From: Caecitellus pseudoparvulus
Taxonomy: Eukaryota > Protista > Bigyra: Bicosoecida
Direction of reading: 5' to 3'
DNA length: 64,000 nucleotides
Assembly (NCBI GenBank): GCA_965644315.1
Contig: CBFFRQ010000075.1
Span: 51,898-115,897 of the forward strand
How positions within the stretch are numbered: the first letter of the stretch is position 1; every line of letters begins with the position of its first letter. Shown in pieces: positions 24,601 to 33,544 of this stretch. The translations under genes and the position numbers were made by a program. The notes beneath the pieces are model-generated. The model was not told the origin of the DNA. It saw only the letters and a program-made list of their open reading frames with translations, and ran no database searches.

Positions 24601-27600
24601 GGTGGCCTCGGCAGGCAAGGGGGTGGGGAACAGCTTCCGTGGGAGCACCCATGGCTCTCCACTGGCCAGGCGGCCTACGTCCATGGAAGTATCTCGTGGA
24701 GGCGGCAGCGTGCAGCCAATGAGCACATCAGCAGCAGCTGAGCGCACGGCGCCCAGCAGCGCAGATAGCGGCGCCTGGTGGCTGAGTGGTGGCAGGCCCG
24801 GAGCAATGCTGCCCGCCACAATGCGCAGAGGGACGGCCGGTACCGATGCCCACCGGACGCCCACCGCCAAGACGGGAAACGTGTCCTGCAGCCGCTCAGC
24901 TGTCGCCTCCACTGCCCAGCCAATGCTGGCCGCCGCCGGGAGTGTGGCGAGCTGGCGGACAGCTGCGTGCCACAGGGGCAGGGACTGCACACGTGCAGCA
25001 AGCAGCGCCAGTGGCAATGCGTTGAAGCCATTCAGCTCGGCAACCAGCCGCGCTTCCAACTGACTTGCCAAGTATGGCATGTGGAACACCGAGGCTGCTT
25101 GTGTGACTGCCCAGGCAGTGCCCAGCAGCGCCCTGCAGCGTACCAATGCTTGGCGCCCCAGCACCTGCACCGTTGGCGCAGCTCTGCTGGCTGGCAGCTG
25201 GGGCATACAGGCGGGGTCAAGCAGGGCGTGCTCTTCGGACTCTGCAGGGGTGCAGTGCTGCTGCTTGGTTGGCATGTTGTGCAGGAGGTGCTGCCCGCCA
25301 AAGCCGGCACCATACAGGTACCCTGGTCCGGCAGGACCCTGCACCTCGCTTTCCTCTTCCTGTTCTCTCTGCAGGAAGTCCAGTGCAGCCTGCCACTCAG
25401 AAGTGGGCTCTGGGTTGGACGCAGTGGGGGGTGCAAAGGCTTCGTGGAAGCCAGGCAGGCCTTGCGGGATGCCGGTCACCCGCAGCTCACATGTGGTTGC
25501 GGCGCCCTGCGCAAGGAGCCCCCCCGCGTCCTCGTCATCAGACTGCACCGGCTCCGGGTCAGCAACCTGCCGGGTACCTGGAGCGCTGTCTGCTGCAAGG
25601 GCAGCTTTGCCGTTCTCATCAGTCATGGCCACGGCAAGGATGTTCAAGTGGTAGGGGTCCACGCCCAGCGCCGAGGGCGGCGCGTGGTCAGTGCCCGGCG
25701 CAGGAGGCGCAGGCATGCCGGAAAGGAGGCCTTGCTGACGCGCGTAGGTGGCAACGGGGCCCCACTGCGGGATGTGAGGGGGCAGGGGGGGTCTGTACGG
25801 CTCTGTTGCTGCAAGGGGTGCCGAGGACGGCACGACACATGCGCCGTCGGCCAGCCAAGCGAGCACCACGCCCACCGCCAGCCGAGGCATGGGCAGTGTA
25901 TCCGTGTACATGTGCAGCAGGGCAGTGGTGAGGACGCAGGGGGGGCCCACCATCGTGGGGTCCAGGAGCAGAAGGGGGGTCGTGGCGGGCGCCAGCGCCG
26001 TGGCAGATGCGCCGCCCCACACAGCTGCCACCACCTCAGGGGAGAGCAGCTCCTTGAAGAACGGGGAGCGGGCTCGCAAGAGTGGGAAGTGAGCCCGGAT
26101 GGGTGGAACAGGGCTGTCGCGCAGTGCCACTTGGATGTCAGCTGGCCCTGGCACTGCCCTGCGGGGAGGCCCGGGCTGCTCTCCAGCTTGTCCAGCCGCA
26201 GCCTCCGCAAGCTGCACACACAGTATGGCGCCGTGCGGGAGCTGCAGGATGTGCTTCCCACACGAAGCTGGAAGAGTCTGCGTCGGTGTGACGCCCAAGA
26301 AGTCCCCTGCAGCGGCGTGGCTCCCCGCCCCGCCCTGCCACGGCTCATGCGGCTGCAGGGCAATGTCAGCATGGCCCACAGAGGTCATGCTGGAGAGGCG
26401 GTGCAAGAGGGACGGCGGGGGCGGCTTGGGGGCGTCTGCCCCTGCGTCTGTTCCAAGCAAGTCCTCGCCCTCAGCACCCTCCCGCGACGAGTCAGAGTCA
26501 GAGCTGGAGTCATCCACCTCGAAGGCGGCGTCCCCGTCAGAGGAATGCGATGCAGAGTCCTCTTCTGCCTCAGTGGCTTTTGCACCCTGCTGCAAGTCAT
26601 CCGCCGAGAAACTTGCCTTGAGCTGCTCGAACAGGCGGTTGCGAGCGGCGATCGAGACGGCCACGGCAGCATCGGCGCAGTACGGCACGTCCAGCAGGCG
26701 AGTGTAGCCGGGGGGTACCTGCAGCTTGGGGCCAGCGGACACGCCGTCCAGGGCGAGGGAGTACTCAGCGCGAGGCTCGTCATTGGCTGCAGCCAGGCAT
26801 CGGAGCAGTGAGTCTGCCTGCACTGTCGCGAGTTGGGTGGGCCCATCCAACCCTGGCGCTGGGCGCACGCGGAGCATGGAGTATGAGTGGCAGGGGTCAC
26901 TGTGGGCCAGGAGGAAGGTTGCGTTCCACTGGCGGTGTGGATCTGCGCGCAGACTCTGCACGTATTGCGTGTGTGTGGGGCGGCCCGGGTGCAGGTCCAG
27001 CGTCGCACGGCACTCCCCCGTGCTCGCATCGAACATGCGCGCCACACGCTCGTAGGAGGAGGCAGTGAGCACGACGTCGCCGCCGTTCATGTAGTAGGAG
27101 CGGGTGAAGACAGAGGGCCTGCCCTGGCGCTGCACGGCAAAGTCAGTGGTGAGCGAGCCAGTGGCGACGTCGTACTGCGCGACGGTGTTGTCGACGCCCG
27201 ACACCAGCAGGCGCGTGTCGTCGGGGGAGAAGGTGAGCAGGACGTTGGCTGTGGCAGAGACGATGGTGAAGGCTGGGCGGGAGCCAGGCAGGCGCAGGTC
27301 CCACAGCTTCACCGTGCCGTCGAAGGAGGAGGAGGCGGCGAGGTGGGGCGTGGTGTTGGCGAAGCGCACGATGTTGATGTGCTGCTTGTGCACGGAGGCC
27401 AGCGTGCGCACTTTGCTGCCCGTGGTGGCGTCGAAGAAGTCGATGTCCTGGCCGTACCCTGACGCCAGGAACCGTGTGTCGTCCGAGTTGACGTGCACAC
27501 TGGTGAGTGCGTCGTGGTCGGCGGGGTGCAAAACCGGCGCGATGCGCCAGGAGTCCAGGAAGACGTCAGAGTACGCTGGCTTGGCAGGGGCAGGCGCTGC

Positions 27601-28044
27601 TGGCTCATCGCCTTCCTGCGCTGGGGTGTCCATGCGGGAGTAGGCCGTCCACGCCCAGGCTGCGCGGGCTTGGGCTGGGTCACGGGCGGGCGTGGTGGCG
27701 GCAGCAGCTGCGCCAGTGGCAAGAGTTTCATCGGCCGAGGGGAAGTCCTGCACACTGCAGACGGACATCTTCCCCGCTCCCGAGCCAGTCAAGAAACGAT
27801 CTGGGTGAGAGTGGAACCAGCACAGCGCCAGCACTGGGTCATGCGTGCTCTTCGCGCACTCGGTGCTGTAGCCGAGGATGTGATCTGCCTGGTGGTCCCC
27901 CACCATGACCAGGCCGTTCACGGTGCCCATGAGCATGAGGTCTGGGTGAGTCGGGTGGTACTCATGTTGCCGCACAGCCAATCCATCAAACAGCGGTGTG
28001 TACTCCCACTCGTCTGAGGCAGATGCCACTGTGCGGGCATCCAT
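21586..28044 (-). CDS. WD40 (DHU1/DWD-type) + BTB + Kelch + BTB/BACK multidomain protein, 2152 aa
   Basis: WD40: RQHEYHP, LTSVHVNS..FLASGY, HINIVRF, SSSFDGTVKLWDLR, FTRSYYMNG, YVQSLRADP. BTB1: IRAHFPLLRARSPFF...MYTD. Kelch GG motifs: FYGG, VFGG, IVGG, IFGG. BTB2: LPAHSWMLAATSSYF...FIYTG, followed by a BACK helix. Confidence 0.85.
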   Translation of the reverse strand: MDARTVASASDEWEYTPLFDGLAVRQHEYHPTHPDLMLMGTVNGLVMVGDHQADHILGYSTECAKSTHDPVLALCWFHSHPDRFLTGSGAGKMSVCSVQDFPSADETLATGAAAAATTPARDPAQARAAWAWTAYSRMDTPAQEGDEPAAPAPAKPAYSDVFLDSWRIAPVLHPADHDALTSVHVNSDDTRFLASGYGQDIDFFDATTGSKVRTLASVHKQHINIVRFANTTPHLAASSSFDGTVKLWDLRLPGSRPAFTIVSATANVLLTFSPDDTRLLVSGVDNTVAQYDVATGSLTTDFAVQRQGRPSVFTRSYYMNGGDVVLTASSYERVARMFDASTGECRATLDLHPGRPTHTQYVQSLRADPHRQWNATFLLAHSDPCHSYSMLRVRPAPGLDGPTQLATVQADSLLRCLAAANDEPRAEYSLALDGVSAGPKLQVPPGYTRLLDVPYCADAAVAVSIAARNRLFEQLKASFSADDLQQGAKATEAEEDSASHSSDGDAAFEVDDSSSDSDSSREGAEGEDLLGTDAGADAPKPPPPSLLHRLSSMTSVGHADIALQPHEPWQGGAGSHAAAGDFLGVTPTQTLPASCGKHILQLPHGAILCVQLAEAAAGQAGEQPGPPRRAVPGPADIQVALRDSPVPPIRAHFPLLRARSPFFKELLSPEVVAAVWGGASATALAPATTPLLLLDPTMVGPPCVLTTALLHMYTDTLPMPRLAVGVVLAWLADGACVVPSSAPLAATEPYRPPLPPHIPQWGPVATYARQQGLLSGMPAPPAPGTDHAPPSALGVDPYHLNILAVAMTDENGKAALAADSAPGTRQVADPEPVQSDDEDAGGLLAQGAATTCELRVTGIPQGLPGFHEAFAPPTASNPEPTSEWQAALDFLQREQEEESEVQGPAGPGYLYGAGFGGQHLLHNMPTKQQHCTPAESEEHALLDPACMPQLPASRAAPTVQVLGRQALVRCRALLGTAWAVTQAASVFHMPYLASQLEARLVAELNGFNALPLALLAARVQSLPLWHAAVRQLATLPAAASIGWAVEATAERLQDTFPVLAVGVRWASVPAVPLRIVAGSIAPGLPPLSHQAPLSALLGAVRSAAADVLIGCTLPPPRDTSMDVGRLASGEPWVLPRKLFPTPLPAEATLLCTTLPHDPLATQHAFAFEPMPMPQLFIADRLPNVRQLARCLPLATVPDTIATALPGFGTAPSEVQRAFSSLLDILLDESECPAEPRKQALPWRLASALAAKAISSEPGQLPRWPRAQALLIAPALVLHVGGEGSQHRNHSNLTPVLYDVRTRTFRPVNCTGAISPTLAHTNIAPLAIAPDTPHPNGGYLAAVPPSEVCSALGSAPALASRMGHAGSPAPFEAIDAALDADGSGSMLGHRFVVQFGFSGRQRGGQVWILDTAVMQWVQVQPRVPPLTMSRLTGIVPSQQVDYPSTAKWQGASMTLVSVNKRPPLPAFGPTSGTATGAGHAPSGQGRDEWGSDSTIVFYGGFAERRVIVDSFRVLDVRTTLRRFRDGSEDVTHTAAWVRPNVYGDDPGPVVDHTATFVPHMDGSADGHHLVVFGGYSHTIHSAVHCLCIPAGGVHSQDVWEWKPVASLGTTPQPRYGHTASATRKGTIVIVGGHTPHGPCQSVLTLHLAAMHRPGTQRYDITGVWNQVATLGIPQTLRDPGSPFMSRKEQVGTDLRPGQPAEHEQVNPEAGVPMCARSMHAAIAVSPLVLCCPEWFAAYSAVFGDDLGGMSKLGRSVPDAELPLVSDMDPCSEAFGPMSQVMKWQDSVLDHVSAALGDGWREAHAQRAWERGSQLVIFGGISTRATQIQTQGVEADGNVYEIALTRRSRWVPTLLQAFVGAISSKAGARSAPRLAESMLAFADAAVAGALPESSQFWADSRALALVKEAWRDMQPGEEAALSRLPFQHGMVFAPRVSVANSAGLAGDEQLVSLLPSSKRLEDMQALLDSAVDTGDVVLALADGRLPAHSWMLAATSSYFALMFSETYGEDLSGVLALDCEVAVGRPLLSFIYTGQVPFHDMDPALTFDLMHMASVLNLPRLTRQCETAIAAYLDVENCLGILQRADMLHCGGLRAAAMAVVLRNFAQLSTSEDWLQLPQALQEALQDEFSLTKHAYSVDRLLGPASSSGAAHEG

Positions 28045-28462
28045 GGCGATGGCGTGTGCTGCGGAATTTGCACCTGCCCCACGCTCCAGTCCTTCCCAGC
28101 AGCACCGCGCGTGGAGAGAGCAGGCTTAGCAGGTCCGAAACAAGTGAATGCGAGGGAAGACTTCACTGAAAAGGCGACACGGGTCAAGCATGCGTGCTTG
28201 TGCCCCGCAGAGATAGTGTTGGCTGTGTTTTGGCACTGACGGCCAGGGAGCACTCACAGCTGAGGGTAGCAGCGCAGCCCTCCCGGGCGCATTTCCCGTC
28301 CCGTGCCAAAGACAGCTGTCCCAGACAGCATTTACTGAGTGTAGCACCCATGCCCAGAGAGTACAACAGCGTGGCGCCTTCCTCTCGCTGTTCCTCACAC
28401 TGACGTGCAAGTTGCCTGCGGAATTGCAGAGCAGCAAACTCAACCCCCGCACTCACACCGCC

Positions 28463-29893
28463 ATGTCCGGTGCTCGGCCACCCCCCGCGCCAGTGGCGGG
28501 ATCCACGGAGCACCTCAGTGAAGTGGCCCTGGCTCTGCAGGCACGCGTGTCAGCGGCTGGCTCTGAAGCCGCCAGCATCGCTTCTGAGCTGGGCCAGCTT
28601 GCAGCGGCGATGGGTGCCACTGCAGCGGGGCCGGGCACTGCAATTGTGCAGGCTGCGGGCGCAGCACACGCAGACGACGGCAGTGGCGGGCAGCACCGTC
28701 GAGCATCCGGCCCCTGTGGGCCTGTGGCAGCCATGCTGCCCTTGGCGGACGAGCTGCACATTGCACTGACGGGCGCAGCGCGCGCCGCAGGCGACGCTCC
28801 GACGCTGCAACTTCCGTTGGCGGAGGCAGCCTCTGGGCGCACCCTGCGCCCGTCCGCTGGGAAGGGCGGCTCCTTGGCCCATTCAGGAGTGGAGGTAGGC
28901 ACTGGTGGGGGCGCTGCGGAGCTGCTGCCGCAGTTACGCTGCTGGGGGTTCCCCATTTTCCGCTTTTCGGCTGCGCTGCCTGGGCGGGTGCTGCGGGCCA
29001 CAGCCTGGGCGTGCTTGGGGGACTTGGAGCTGCCCAGCAAGTTGGGCGTGGACGGGGACCAGTTGGCAGCGTGGCTGGGTGCTGTGGAGGAGCACTACCA
29101 CACCAACCCCTACCACAACGCGACGCACGTGGCTGACGTGACGCAGACGACGCACTACATCCTCACGACGGGCGGCCTGTCGACGTGGCTGACCCCCCTG
29201 CAGCAGTACGCGCTGCTACTGGCGGCTGTGGCACACGACGTGGGGCACCCAGGCGTCAACAACGGCTACCTGGTCAACACAGCGCACCCCCTGGCCGTGA
29301 CGTACAACGACTCATCCCCCCTGGAGAACATGCATGCGGCGCTGGCGTTCGCGCTGGCTGCCGTGCCAGGGCACAACCCCCTCGCAGGGCTGTCGGCAGA
29401 GGACGCCAAGGCGGTGCGCGCCGACATGATCCACTGCATCCTCGGCACGGACAACGCCACGCACTTCGGCAACTTGGCGTCCCTGAAGGAAGCGCTGGCG
29501 GCGGCGGAGAGTGACGAGGAAGGGCACCTCATCGGCGCACAGCCGCGGCTGGTGATGCAGCAGGTGCTGCACGCGGCAGACGTCAGCAACCCCGCCAAGC
29601 CCTGGGGCGTGTACATGGGCTTCACGGAGCGCCTGGTGTACGAGTATTACGCGCTGGGGGACCTGGAGAGCGCCGCCGACCTGCCTGTCACGCCCATGCT
29701 GAACCGGCACAAGCCCATCCCCATGCCACAGTTCCAACTGGGCTTCCTCAACGCCATCGTCCTGCCGCTCTTCTCAGCTGTCGCGGCGGTGCCGGGCCTC
29801 ACCATGCAGGAGCCCCTGCAGCAGCTGAAGGATAACATTGCCGAGTGGGAGCGCCGCAAGGCAGCTGCTGCCGCAGGTGGCGAGGGGCAGTGA
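28463..29893 (+). CDS. Class I 3',5'-cyclic nucleotide phosphodiesterase
   Basis: NPYHNATHVADV, AHDVGHPGVNN, YNDSSPLENMH, ILGTD, LHAADVSNPAK, EYYALGDLE and QLGF. Confidence 0.93.
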   Translation: MSGARPPPAPVAGSTEHLSEVALALQARVSAAGSEAASIASELGQLAAAMGATAAGPGTAIVQAAGAAHADDGSGGQHRRASGPCGPVAAMLPLADELHIALTGAARAAGDAPTLQLPLAEAASGRTLRPSAGKGGSLAHSGVEVGTGGGAAELLPQLRCWGFPIFRFSAALPGRVLRATAWACLGDLELPSKLGVDGDQLAAWLGAVEEHYHTNPYHNATHVADVTQTTHYILTTGGLSTWLTPLQQYALLLAAVAHDVGHPGVNNGYLVNTAHPLAVTYNDSSPLENMHAALAFALAAVPGHNPLAGLSAEDAKAVRADMIHCILGTDNATHFGNLASLKEALAAAESDEEGHLIGAQPRLVMQQVLHAADVSNPAKPWGVYMGFTERLVYEYYALGDLESAADLPVTPMLNRHKPIPMPQFQLGFLNAIVLPLFSAVAAVPGLTMQEPLQQLKDNIAEWERRKAAAAAGGEGQ

Positions 29894-30227
29894 TGAGGCC
29901 ACAGCCCACGATTCTGCGTTTACATGGACCACTTGCCCTGGAAAGCGCTGACCACAGCACGGAGTGAGTGGCTCGCAAGGGTTGTGCTTGGCAAGGCGGC
30001 CAGAGTCAGGGCGCTCAACAACGACGCACCCCGGACAGGGGCAGCACCCTGGGATTGCCACCTGCAGCCCCGTCCCGCTCAATTCACACACGTTCACACC
30101 ACACTCTCATGCCGACTAAGGGGTGCGCTGGCAGTTGCAGGTTGCACGACTCAGGTTCAGCCCACGCCCGTGGGATTTGCACGTGGTGCGCGTGGCAAGG
30201 GGCTGCTCACGACAGGACGCTGCGAGC

Positions 30228-31957
30228 ATGGCCTCCCTCACGACGGGGGACATTGTGAAGAAGTATGAGGGTAGTGATCCTGCGGTGGCTGCTGCGCTGC
30301 GGGACTATGCTGTGGAGCCGACTCTGGGTGTGTGCCGAGCGTGCCTGCCTCGACTTCCGCACCGGGCAACACGCCGCTGCCTGCTCCCGCGCCCCTGCGC
30401 AGACTACCGCACCATCCAAGGTGTGAACGGACCCCTTGTCATCCTGGACAACGTGAAGGTGAGCCCGTGCCTGCGCTGAGCTTTGTTGCGTGCCCGGCCT
30501 GTACCGTGGTGCTGCCAGCAGCCCTGGCCCACGCCCGTCCCCGCCGCGGCGCTGTGCAGGGCCCCAAGTACAGTGAAATTGTGAACCTGCGCCTGCGAAG
30601 CGGGGAGGTGCGCCAAGGGCAGGTGCTGGAGGTGGCAGGCAGCACGGCCGTGGTGCAGGTGTTCGAGGGCACGGACGGCATTGACAACACGCACACACAC
30701 GTGGAGTTCAGCGGGGAGACGTACCACATGCCGCTCAGCGAGGACATGCTGGGGCGGGTCTTTGACGGCAGTGGGCGGCCCACAGACGGCGGGCCGCCCG
30801 TCCTGGCAGACATCACCGCCGACATCAACGGCAGCGCCATCAACCCCTTCGCCCGCGTGCACCCGCGGGAGATGATCCAGACCGGCATCTCCGCCATCGA
30901 CACCATGAACAGCATCGTGCGGGGGCAGAAGATCCCGCTGTTCTCCGCGGCAGGCCTGCCGCACAATGAGATCGCGGCGCAGATCGCGCGCCAGGCGGGG
31001 CTGGTGCAGGGCAGCGACGTGACAGACCACCACGACGACAACTTCGCCATCGTCTTCGGAGCCATGGGCGTGAACATGGAGACGTCCCGGTTCTTCCGGG
31101 AGGACTTCGAGAAGTCCGGCGCTGCTGCCCGCACGGTGCTGTTCATGAACACGGCGGATGACCCCACCATTGAGCGCATCCTGACGCCCCGCCTGGCCCT
31201 CACGACTGCCGAGTACCTCGCCTTCGAGCGGGACATGCACGTGCTGGTGATCCTGACAGACATGTCCTCCTACGCTGACGCGCTGCGGGAGGTGAGCGCG
31301 GCGCGAGAGGAGGTGCCGGGGCGCCGCAGCTACCCCGGGTACATGTACACCGACCTGTCCACCATTTACGAGCGGGCAGGGCGGGTGGCGGGGTCGGCTG
31401 GCAGCATCACACAGCTGCCAGTGCTGACCATGCCCAACGCCGACATCACGCACCCCATCCCCGACTTGACCGGGTACATCACAGAGGGCCAGATCTTCAT
31501 CGACCGCGCCCTGGCGGCGCGCAAGGTGTACCCGCCCATCAACGTCCTGCCGTCCCTGTCCCGGCTCATGAAGTCAGGCATCGGGGAGGGCATGACACGT
31601 GCCGACCATTCATCGGTGTCCAGCCAGCTGTACGCGGCGTACGCTGCAGGGAAGGATGCGGAGGCCATGCAGGCTGTCGTGGGCTCCGAGAGCCTCACGG
31701 ACGACCAGCGGAAGTTCTTGAACTTCACCGCCAAGTTCGAGTCGGAGTTCGTCAGCCAGGGCGCGACGGAGAGCAGGAGCATCTTCAGCTCCCTGGACCT
31801 GGCCTGGCGCCTGCTGCGCGTGCTGGGGCCGTCCTTGCTCAAGAAGATCCCACGGAAGTTCATCAAGCAGTTCTACCCTCGGCAGATGGACGGCGCGGTG
31901 AGTGGGGACAGGGCCGTGCACGCCCCTGGTGCAGGCGCTGCCGCGTCAGGCGAGTGA
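30228..31957 (+). CDS. ATP6V1B: V-type H+-ATPase subunit B; introns 30328-30402 and 30459-30559
   Basis: [18 protein letters not shown]|[48 protein letters not shown] and [16 protein letters not shown]. Confidence 0.97.
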
Positions 31958-31995
31958 GGGAGGCAGCGCCCCCCTCCCCTTACTCACGCTGCTTG

Positions 31996-32005
31996 CAATG
32001 CATTG
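31996..32005. promoter_or_regulatory. Palindromic CAATGCATTG between convergent V-ATPase B and MORN3 stops (candidate bidirectional 3'-processing signal)
   Basis: CAATGCA reads in the sense of both genes, 38 and 13 nt after their stops. The same motif follows 9 other stops in the window. Confidence 0.45.
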
Positions 32006-32018
32006 GCCCAGCCCACCC

Positions 32019-33206
32019 TCACGCCTCCTCCCCGCCGCCGTCCTTGTGCTGCGCCATGCACACGACGAAGGCTTCGAACGGCACTGCCGTGGCGCCAGGC
32101 GGCAGCCCCATCTCATCCACCAGTGCAGCCACCTCGTGCGGCGTCGGCGCCAGCCCCAGTGCATCCAGCACCAGCCCGAAGCGCTCCAGGGGCACGGCGT
32201 ACGTGTCTGCGTCTGGGCCCGCTGCTAGGAAGGCGTCCTCCAGCTCCACGACGTCTTCGTCGGTGAGGCCCAAGGGGAGCCACCACGCGCCAGCGGCTGG
32301 CGGGGGGGCAGCTGGCGCCGCGCCCACCTCCTCCCCAGTGGCGCTGGTGACGGCGCCTGGCAAGTCCTGCATGCCCCCCGTCCGGGCTGCTTCGATAGCT
32401 GACGCTACCACCTGGTGGGGCGCTGCCAAGCCCAGCTCCGGCAGCTCTTCCACACGCAGGGTGGGGTCACTGCCCTGGCCGCCGCCATCTGTGGGCAGTG
32501 GCCCCAACACGCCGCACTTGGCCACGTCCAGCACCCACTCACCCTCGTACATGCGTCCTTTGGACAGGTAGATAAAGCGGCCAGGGCCGTGCTTCAAGTC
32601 CTCGTGCCAGCCACCCTCGAAGCTGTCGCCGTTGGCCAGCGTCAAGACGCCCACGCCACTGCGCTGCCCCGCCACCCAGTCGCCGTGGTACACGTCTCCA
32701 TTGGCGTAGTACATGACCCCCTCCCCGGCTCGCAAGCCTTCCTCCCACATGCCTTCGTACTTGTCTCCATTCGGGTAGAAAAACGTGCCTCGACCCTGCG
32801 GCAAAAGCGGCGGCGTGGTGAAGCAAAGGCGGCGGGCGGGCGGGGCAGCGTTTCGCGTTTCGCGGCGCCAAAAACGCACATGGCGCTTGCCGCCCATCCA
32901 GCCGCCGAAGTACTGCTTCTTCAAGTCCCCGCCCCGCTTCACCCACTGTGTGCCTTCACCTTCCTTCACTCCGTGTGCCCACATGCCTTCGTACTTGCCC
33001 TTGGCCGTCGTGGAGACGCCAAAGCCATGCCGCTTGTTGTCGGCCCACGACCCTTGGTACTCCCCCTTGGCTGTCAGGCCCTTCTTCCCCGTCTTCACAA
33101 AGAAGCACGTGTGGTGTGCGCCGTTCCGATTTGCAGCAGCGTCGTCCACCTTCCACTTCTGCAAGGGCTTGCTCGCGGCGCCGCCTGCGCCTCGCATGCT
33201 GCTCAT
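32019..33206 (-). CDS. MORN3: MORN repeat protein (MORN3-like) with C-terminal EF-hand-like region; in-frame intron 32796-32879
   Basis: Repeated YxGxWxxxxxxGxG MORN units, N-terminal PLQKWKVD..ANRNG, and YEGEWVLDVAKCG typical of MORN3. Confidence 0.8.
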   Translation of the reverse strand: MSSMRGAGGAASKPLQKWKVDDAAANRNGAHHTCFFVKTGKKGLTAKGEYQGSWADNKRHGFGVSTTAKGKYEGMWAHGVKEGEGTQWVKRGGDLKKQYFGGWMGGKRHVRFWRRETRNAAPPARRLCFTTPPLLPQGRGTFFYPNGDKYEGMWEEGLRAGEGVMYYANGDVYHGDWVAGQRSGVGVLTLANGDSFEGGWHEDLKHGPGRFIYLSKGRMYEGEWVLDVAKCGVLGPLPTDGGGQGSDPTLRVEELPELGLAAPHQVVASAIEAARTGGMQDLPGAVTSATGEEVGAAPAAPPPAAGAWWLPLGLTDEDVVELEDAFLAAGPDADTYAVPLERFGLVLDALGLAPTPHEVAALVDEMGLPPGATAVPFEAFVVCMAQHKDGGGEEA

Positions 33207-33454
33207 GCTTGGGCAGCGCGAAGAAGCCGGCGCCCTTCACAGGGCCGAAGGGCGTGAGCGTGCAGGTGCAAGGGGACGATGGTTGACGTGGACAAGCACG
33301 CAATGCTTGGTTGCGCAGTGTGCTACCCTCATGTCCTCCTTCCAGGCGTCCCATTATGTGTGCACGCTGGAAATGAGAAGAGGTGCTGTTAGGGCACACA
33401 CACCCAAACAAAAAAGGCTACATGTACGGTAAAGTAGCCTTCCCGGTTGTTGTT

Positions 33455-33527
33455 GCGCCTGTAGCATAGTGGCTAATGCGACCGCTTCCTAAGCGGTAGA
33501 TCGCGGGTTCGATCCCCGCCTGGCGTT
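33455..33527 (+). tRNA. trnR-CCT: tRNA-Arg (anticodon CCT)
   Basis: Cloverleaf: acceptor GCGCCTG/CTGGCGT, D arm GCAT/ATGC, anticodon arm ACCGC-TTCCTAA-GCGGT, T arm GCGGG-TTCGATC-CCCGC. Confidence 0.95.
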
Positions 33528-33529
33528 CA

Positions 33530-33534
33530 TTTTT
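33530..33534 (+). terminator. RNA polymerase III oligo-T terminator
   Basis: TTTTT starting 3 nt after the tRNA 3' end. Confidence 0.75.
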
Positions 33535-33544
33535 CCCCCCGCAC

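Noticed and set aside
29890-29951. GTGATGA...CTGA resembling a C/D-box snoRNA
   Set aside because: The C box is simply the PDE tandem stop codons, there is no terminal stem, and I recognised no guide sequence.
33460-33521. U-U mismatch in the tRNA acceptor stem as a sign of a pseudogene or editing
   Set aside because: The same GCGCCTG/CTGGCG pattern is familiar from functional eukaryotic tRNA-Arg(CCT), and all other arms and the terminator are intact.
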